Source of the DNA: an uncultured Gammaproteobacteria bacterium | Lineage (GTDB): Bacteria; Patescibacteriota; Patescibacteriia; UBA11705; JABHMO01 | Reading direction: 5' to 3' | NCBI GenBank assembly: GCA_964565345.1 | Contig: CAZMEQ010000002.1 | Coordinates: forward strand, 7,133 to 71,132 | DNA: 64,000 nucleotides | Part shown: in pieces, positions 59,101 to 64,000 of the stretch | Numbering within the stretch: the first letter of the stretch is position 1 | How the letters are laid out: each line of letters begins with the position of its first letter | The notes under the pieces: model-generated | Database searches by the model: none | Told to the model about the DNA's origin: nothing | Seen by the model: only the letters and a program-made list of their open reading frames with translations | Translations under genes and position numbers: made by a program

Positions 59101-60441
59101 TTAGCCTTTATTTAATGTTTCATCAATTCTAGTACGATCGCGTGGGAATAGAGTGGCCTTCTTGATATTATCAAGTCCTAATAATTGCCAAGTAACACGC
59201 TCCAAACCCATGCCAATTCCACCTTCAGGTGGCATGCCATATTTAAACGCTTGTAAATAATAGGCATAACCTTCTGGTTTTAAGCCGAATTTGATCATGT
59301 TGTTAACTAACTTTTCGTATTCATTGATACGCTGGCCACCAGTGACAATTTCTGTACCACGGAACAAGACATCAAAACTGCCAGTGAACCCTGGATCGGC
59401 TGGATCTTCATAAGTATACATTGGTCGTTTAGAAACTGGGTAGTGTGTAATGACTAAAAAATCTGAGTTCCACTTTTTCTTAGCGTATTCGCAAATTTGT
59501 CGTTCTTGATGCGGTTCTAAATCTGGTTCATTTAAACAGCCTTTTTCATTATACTCATCTTCAAGAATTTTTTGAGCTTCTTTTAACTTCATTTGTGGTA
59601 CGGGATGGACAAATTCTGGTAATTGAACGTTCAAAAGTTTAACTTCTTCTGGGCAAGCTTCACGAACACTGGCAATCATGGCCTCCAGAGTGCCGTAAAC
59701 CATTTCCATTACATCTTTGTAGCTGTTTATGTAACCCATTTCAAAGTCCAAACTTGTATATTCATTAATGTGACGATTGGTGTCGTGTTCTTCGGCGCGA
59801 TAAACATTCCCAGTTGTAAAAACTCTTTCGTAAATTCCAACCATTATTTGTTTATAAAACTGAGGGCTCTGGCCTAAGTACGCTTTGTTACCAAAATAGT
59901 CGATAGTAAAAACATTAGCACCGCCCTCAGTGGCACCAGCCACAATTTTTGGTGATTGAAACTCAGTAAAATCATTAGCTGTTAAATGTTTTCTAAATCC
60001 TTGAACCAAAGCGGCTTGAATTTTGAAAATAGCTCTTTGTTTATCAGCTCTTAAGTTGAACGGCATGTTGTCGAGATATGCATCCATGTGTAATTCCGCG
60101 TCTAAATCGTAAGGTAAGGTTTCAGCGGCCGCTAAAATCTTTATTTCCTTTGCCAAAACTTCCACATTACCAGTGGCTTGATTAGGATTCTTTTGTTTTT
60201 CTCCACGTTCATTTACAATACCGCGAATTTCTAAAACATATTCAGGTCGTAATTCTGGCAAAACGTTTTTTGACGCTTCATCTAACTCTGCTGGCACCAT
60301 AACCACTTGGACCAAACCACTGCGGTCGCGCATATCACAAAAAACAATCTTGCCCATGTTACGGCGGGCGTTAATCCAACCTTTTATGGTTATCTCTTTC
60401 CCTATTTTTTCTGTAGTTTCACGATTTAATGTTCTTTCCAT
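59101..60441 (-). CDS. aspS: Aspartate--tRNA ligase, short form without the GAD insertion
   Basis: ATEGGANVF, QSPQFYKQ, RAEEHDTNRH, EIVTGGQR, YGMPPEGG; 446 aa. Confidence 0.9.
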   Translation of the reverse strand: MERTLNRETTEKIGKEITIKGWINARRNMGKIVFCDMRDRSGLVQVVMVPAELDEASKNVLPELRPEYVLEIRGIVNERGEKQKNPNQATGNVEVLAKEIKILAAAETLPYDLDAELHMDAYLDNMPFNLRADKQRAIFKIQAALVQGFRKHLTANDFTEFQSPKIVAGATEGGANVFTIDYFGNKAYLGQSPQFYKQIMVGIYERVFTTGNVYRAEEHDTNRHINEYTSLDFEMGYINSYKDVMEMVYGTLEAMIASVREACPEEVKLLNVQLPEFVHPVPQMKLKEAQKILEDEYNEKGCLNEPDLEPHQERQICEYAKKKWNSDFLVITHYPVSKRPMYTYEDPADPGFTGSFDVLFRGTEIVTGGQRINEYEKLVNNMIKFGLKPEGYAYYLQAFKYGMPPEGGIGMGLERVTWQLLGLDNIKKATLFPRDRTRIDETLNKG

Positions 60442-60449
60442 ATGTAGAA

Positions 60450-60515
60450 AGTAACGAGTAATTAGTAACGAGTAACGAGCTTTACTGGTTACTGGTTACT
60501 GGCCCCTGGTTACTA
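60450..60515. repeat. Inverted heptamer repeat cluster (AGTAACG / GTTACTG)
   Basis: Four AGTAA(CG/TT) units facing GTTACTG units between asnS and aspS. Confidence 0.7.
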
Positions 60516-60517
60516 AT

Positions 60518-61801
60518 TTAAGGATAAATTCTATTAATCATACGTGGGAATGGAATAGTTTCGCGGACATGCTGCACACCACACATCCAACCAACCAAAC
60601 GTTCCAATCCAATTCCGAAGCCCGAATGAGGTACACTGCCGTATTTGCGCAATTCCAGATACCAAGTGAACGCCTCTTCGGGCAGCTTATCATCGACGAT
60701 ACGCTTTTTCATGGTAGCATAATCATCTTCACGCTCAGATCCACCAATAACTTCGCCATGGCCCTCGGGAGCAATCATGTCAGCGCATAAAGCTAGATCA
60801 CCTTCGCGCTTCATGTAGAAGGCCTTGATATCAGCCGGCCACTTTTCAATAAATAATGGCTTATCAAACTTGCTCATGATCAAAGTCTCGTCATCATTAC
60901 CTAAATCTTCCCCGTCTTTGATATCGGACCCTAATTCTTGCAACATTTTTATTGCTTCTTTATAAGTTAAACGATTGAACGGAGCTTTAATTTTTTCTAA
61001 AGCCGTTTTATCGCGTTCTAAAATGTCTAATTCTTTTTGATTAATTTCTAAAACTTTTTTAGCTACGTGCGCAATTAAATTTTCTTGCACTTCTAAATTC
61101 ATTTTATGATCATAAAAAGCCATTTCTGCATCCATCATCCAGAATTCAGTTAAATGTCTCTTGGTTTTTGATTTTTCGGCGCGGAAAACTGGGCCAAAGT
61201 CAAAAACTTTTCCGAACGAAGCGATCGCTGCTTCGATGTATAATTGTCCGCTTTGTGAAAGATAAGCCTTACCTTCGTCAAAATATTTCATTTCGAATAA
61301 TTCAGTTGTTCCTTCGCAAGCAGCGGGTGTTAAAATTGGTGAATCAATTTTAATAAAACCTTCGTTATTCAAAAATTCATAAATCGCATTAATAACTGTG
61401 TTGCGCACACGTTGGATTGCCCATTGTTTGGGTGAGCGTAACCATAAATGTCTATTTTCAAGTAAGAAATCCGGGCCATGTTCTTTTTTACCAATCGGAT
61501 AATCTTCAGCGCGTTGAAAAAATCTTAAGGACTTAACTTGAACTTCATATTCATCTAATTTGGGGTGTTTAGAAACAGTACCCACAATTTCAACTGTACT
61601 TTCTAAGGTCATTTCTTCCATAACTTTCCATGTCTCAGCATCGACGGCTGGTTGACTAACGATGCACTGAGCAAAGCCAGAGCCATCGCGCAATTGAAGG
61701 AAACCAATCTTGCCCGAAGAACGAAAATTATAAACCCAACCCTTTAACAAAACTTCTTTGTCTAAATTTGCTTTAAGATCTTTAATGTATGTTTGTCCCA
61801 T
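60518..61801 (-). CDS. asnS: Asparagine--tRNA ligase
   Basis: RHLWLRS, ACEGTTELF, LSQSGQLY, RAEKSKTKRHLTEFWM, YGSVPHSGFG. Confidence 0.95.
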   Translation of the reverse strand: MGQTYIKDLKANLDKEVLLKGWVYNFRSSGKIGFLQLRDGSGFAQCIVSQPAVDAETWKVMEEMTLESTVEIVGTVSKHPKLDEYEVQVKSLRFFQRAEDYPIGKKEHGPDFLLENRHLWLRSPKQWAIQRVRNTVINAIYEFLNNEGFIKIDSPILTPAACEGTTELFEMKYFDEGKAYLSQSGQLYIEAAIASFGKVFDFGPVFRAEKSKTKRHLTEFWMMDAEMAFYDHKMNLEVQENLIAHVAKKVLEINQKELDILERDKTALEKIKAPFNRLTYKEAIKMLQELGSDIKDGEDLGNDDETLIMSKFDKPLFIEKWPADIKAFYMKREGDLALCADMIAPEGHGEVIGGSEREDDYATMKKRIVDDKLPEEAFTWYLELRKYGSVPHSGFGIGLERLVGWMCGVQHVRETIPFPRMINRIYP

Positions 61802-61879
61802 AGAATTATTATTGTTCAATGGTTAAATTATAGCTTAATTACGTGTTTCTGTAAATCTGTTTTGGAGTAAAAATCCATC

Positions 61880-62010
61880 AAAAAAGCCCCTTTGGCGGGG
61901 CTTAATTTTATTATTTTATTTTAACAAAATTAGAACCCGCAAATAGGGCTGTCATTGTTATTATCCAAGGTGGTAATGCGAATCGATTGCATATAAATAT
62001 ATCTTTTCAT
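61880..62010 (-). promoter_or_regulatory. Candidate leader peptide plus attenuator upstream of asnS-aspS
   Basis: ORF 62010-61930 MKRYIYMQSIRITTLDNNNDSPICGF; terminator aagccccgccaaaggggctttttt; alternative pairing through GCGGGUU. Confidence 0.35.
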
Positions 62011-62035
62011 ATCTAATTTAATTTGACAATATCCT

Positions 62036-62064
62036 TTGACAAAATTAACCGATAAGGTTATCAT
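62036..62064 (+). promoter_or_regulatory. Sigma70 promoter, cassette A
   Basis: TTGACA-N17-TATCAT. Confidence 0.7.
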
Positions 62065-62067
62065 TAA

Positions 62068-62979
62068 ATGTCCCGAGTGAGGACAAGATCAACCATTTCG
62101 GACACTCGAATGCTAAGTGAATGGGTCCTTCCTGGTGGACTGTACTACCCCGCTTCAACCTGCGTCTTGGGCGTTGCTATTGCACTGCATGGTGCGCACA
62201 AGAAGAATGAGTTCGGCCTCGGGCTGGGAGTAGGAATCGTCCTCTTGTCGATTTCCACCATACTCATGCTCTCTCCCTCCGTACAGGCTGCATCGGAAAT
62301 CCCCTCCTGCCCGACCTGCTTCATGGTTCCGGGCGAGAAGACCAAGCCCAAGAGCGTCCTGACCACGTCCGAAGTCAATGCCACAAAGACGCCCCAGGCC
62401 TATCCGCAGACCTACTTCGTCGGCCACTACCAGGTCGCGGTGGAACTCTACGAAAACGGCACCACGGCCGTCAGCGGAGAGCTCTACAAGCTCACCATCC
62501 TATCGTACGACGGGCGGATCCAACACGCACAGTTCGTGAATGTCGACCCCACGGTCAAATCCAGCACCGAACCGAACTGCTGGATCATCATGACCAACGA
62601 CTTCCGCGAACTGGAGGGCCTGAGCTTCCACGACGGCCCCCTGGTACCAATGTCCATCTGCTACCAGGAGGGACGCTTCAAGGACGATTCCGAGAGTGAG
62701 CTCTTCCGCTACTTCTCGGATCGCAAGGCCGACATCCTCCAATTGACCCGCGACTGCCGGGCCAAGCAGAGCTGCCTCCTGGACCGCGAAACCACGGCCC
62801 TCATCGTCGAGCTCTTCATCGCCAAGGCGTACCTCGAGCTGTCGGGCTTCAAGCCCGCCCTGCCCGAGAACTGGCACTGCGGGATGTCGCTCGACGAGCA
62901 ACGCCTCCTGGAGATGCGAATCCTGAATCGAATCAAGACGCGTCTCATCGACCACGTGATCCACAAGTCACGTCCGTAG
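62068..62979 (+). CDS. GC-rich exported/membrane hypothetical protein, paralog of 63115-63816 (true start may be ATG 62110)
   Basis: Hydrophobic N-terminus ending VQA; shared motif DF..L..L....GPxVPMxxC. Confidence 0.7.
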   Translation: MSRVRTRSTISDTRMLSEWVLPGGLYYPASTCVLGVAIALHGAHKKNEFGLGLGVGIVLLSISTILMLSPSVQAASEIPSCPTCFMVPGEKTKPKSVLTTSEVNATKTPQAYPQTYFVGHYQVAVELYENGTTAVSGELYKLTILSYDGRIQHAQFVNVDPTVKSSTEPNCWIIMTNDFRELEGLSFHDGPLVPMSICYQEGRFKDDSESELFRYFSDRKADILQLTRDCRAKQSCLLDRETTALIVELFIAKAYLELSGFKPALPENWHCGMSLDEQRLLEMRILNRIKTRLIDHVIHKSRP

Positions 62980-62983
62980 CCCT

Positions 62984-63022
62984 ACACCCCCCCTCCTTTC
63001 CTCTGATCGGAGGGGTGTTTTT
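62984..63022 (+). terminator. Cassette A 3' hairpin
   Basis: CCCCTCC-TTTCCTCTGATC-GGAGGGG followed by a T-run. Confidence 0.75.
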
Positions 63023-63056
63023 ATACGCAAATTTACCTAAATTTAGGCAAAAACTA

Positions 63057-63085
63057 TTGACATTACCTGTGTTTTATGATATCAT
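63057..63085 (+). promoter_or_regulatory. Sigma70 promoter, cassette B
   Basis: TTGACA-N17-TATCAT with extended TG. Confidence 0.75.
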
Positions 63086-63114
63086 ATAAGCAACCAACTG
63101 CCTTAGGGCACATC

Positions 63115-63816
63115 ATGTTCGACCTGAACAAGATCGTCCGTCGCGTCGCGCTCGAGAACCTCCTGAAGATCGTGCTGCTCGTGGCGGCGCTGATCCTCGT
63201 CATCTTCCGCCTCTCCGGGGAGCTCCAGGCCCAGCCCCGCCCCACGATCGAAGCTGCCGAGTACGCCACCACCTGCTACGAGGACAACCAGTTCCATGTG
63301 CGCAGCACCCCGTCCTGCGGCGCCTCGCACTGCACGTACTTCATCGAGATCTCGAACCGCAAGAACGATGAAGTCCTCATGTTCTTCTGGGCCGACTCGC
63401 CGTTCGTGCAGGTTCTCTCGCCCTGGTGCGTGCTGGTCGAAGACACCGCCGACTTCTACGGCATGGCCGAGCTCCCCATGAGCGCCGGCCCCAGCGTCCC
63501 CATGGTCATGTGTCTCGACAAGCACAGCCGGTGGTACGAAGCCCCCCAGATGGCCATCTACACCTTCCGCTCACGCCTGCGCGAGCTCCTGCCCACCATC
63601 AACAACGGTTCGGGCCAGGACCTGAAGGTCGCCATCGTCGAAGCCCTGGCGCTGCAGGAGATCCTGCTTCGTGCCGGGCAGAGCAGCAACCTGCCGAACC
63701 TCGAGCAGGCGCTCCGTCTCGCCGCCGCTCGCGCCAAGCTCTCCTACTCGCTCATCGAGATGGAGGTCAAGGAACGTTGTGACCGGCGCCTCCAGTTCCG
63801 CGGGCTCTCCAAGTAG
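63115..63816 (+). CDS. GC-rich exported hypothetical protein, paralog of 62068-62979
   Basis: Signal-like LLKIVLLVAALILVIF..LQA; start refined to ATG 63115. Confidence 0.7.
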   Translation: MFDLNKIVRRVALENLLKIVLLVAALILVIFRLSGELQAQPRPTIEAAEYATTCYEDNQFHVRSTPSCGASHCTYFIEISNRKNDEVLMFFWADSPFVQVLSPWCVLVEDTADFYGMAELPMSAGPSVPMVMCLDKHSRWYEAPQMAIYTFRSRLRELLPTINNGSGQDLKVAIVEALALQEILLRAGQSSNLPNLEQALRLAAARAKLSYSLIEMEVKERCDRRLQFRGLSK

Positions 63817-63835
63817 ACCCGCACACCTGCTACGC

Positions 63836-63876
63836 AGCTCCCTACCTTTCCGCGGATCGGTAGGGAGTTTTCTTTT
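63836..63876 (+). terminator. Cassette B 3' hairpin
   Basis: CTCCCTACC-TTTCCGCGGATC-GGTAGGGAG followed by a T-run. Confidence 0.75.
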
Positions 63877-63883
63877 ATTCCAA

Positions 63884-63912
63884 TTGACAAAAAGACCCTA
63901 TCAAGTTAAACT
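63884..63912 (+). promoter_or_regulatory. Sigma70 promoter, cassette C
   Basis: TTGACA-N17-TAAACT. Confidence 0.6.
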
Positions 63913-63957
63913 CCTTTGATGCCATGACGGCATCACGAATTCTGGGGAGGATACACC

Positions 63958-64000
63958 ATGCCCGAACAGACCACTCCCTGTGGCCGCGTCGTGACCACCA
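63958..64000 (+). CDS. Start of a third GC-rich cassette gene (truncated by window)
   Basis: GGAGG SD, then ATG: MPEQTTPCGRVVTT... Confidence 0.55.
   Translation, partial: MPEQTTPCGRVVTT

Noticed and set aside
62984-63876. Classical integron attC sites
   Set aside because: No clear RYYYAAC...GTTRRRY boundaries and no integrase in the window; the cassettes carry their own promoters, unlike typical integron cassettes.
1-64000. Alternative genetic code (UGA = Gly, as in Gracilibacteria/Absconditabacteria)
   Set aside because: Genes translate full length in code 11, TGA ends several genes (ftsA, rel copy 1), and prfB is present.

Overview
AT-rich (~33-40% GC by spot counts) chromosomal segment whose gene content points to a Patescibacteria/CPR (Parcubacteria-like) bacterium (inference). 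Core genes: rsmA, galE-like epimerase, prfB without frameshift, HtrA, a class III RNR (nrdD/nrdG) whose glycyl-radical tail is a separate 46-aa ORF, ftsA/ftsZ, ybeY, rpsU, hisS, lepB, LCP, der, pth, dprA, folC, topA, two tandem RelA/SpoT homologs, parA/parB, scpA/scpB, aspS, asnS and three tRNAs. Surface genes: a 3780-aa cysteine-rich giant protein, other pilin-like/Ig/TSP proteins, and a second giant ORF running off the left edge. Most unusual signals: (1) self-contained GC-rich (~60-70%) gene cassettes with their own sigma70 promoters and hairpins, including a tandem array at the right end encoding divergent paralogous exported proteins with a covarying 3' hairpin; (2) two structured minus-strand non-coding RNA candidates (pth-dprA and topA-rel spacers), one with a 14-nt complementary pair; (3) a candidate Asn/Asp leader-peptide attenuator upstream of asnS-aspS; (4) a four-helix-bundle gene bracketed by inverted 8-bp tandem repeats, plus similar empty inverted-repeat hairpins at operon junctions; (5) a small Cys motif inserted about ten times through the giant protein. 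All calls were made by eye; no database searches were run.
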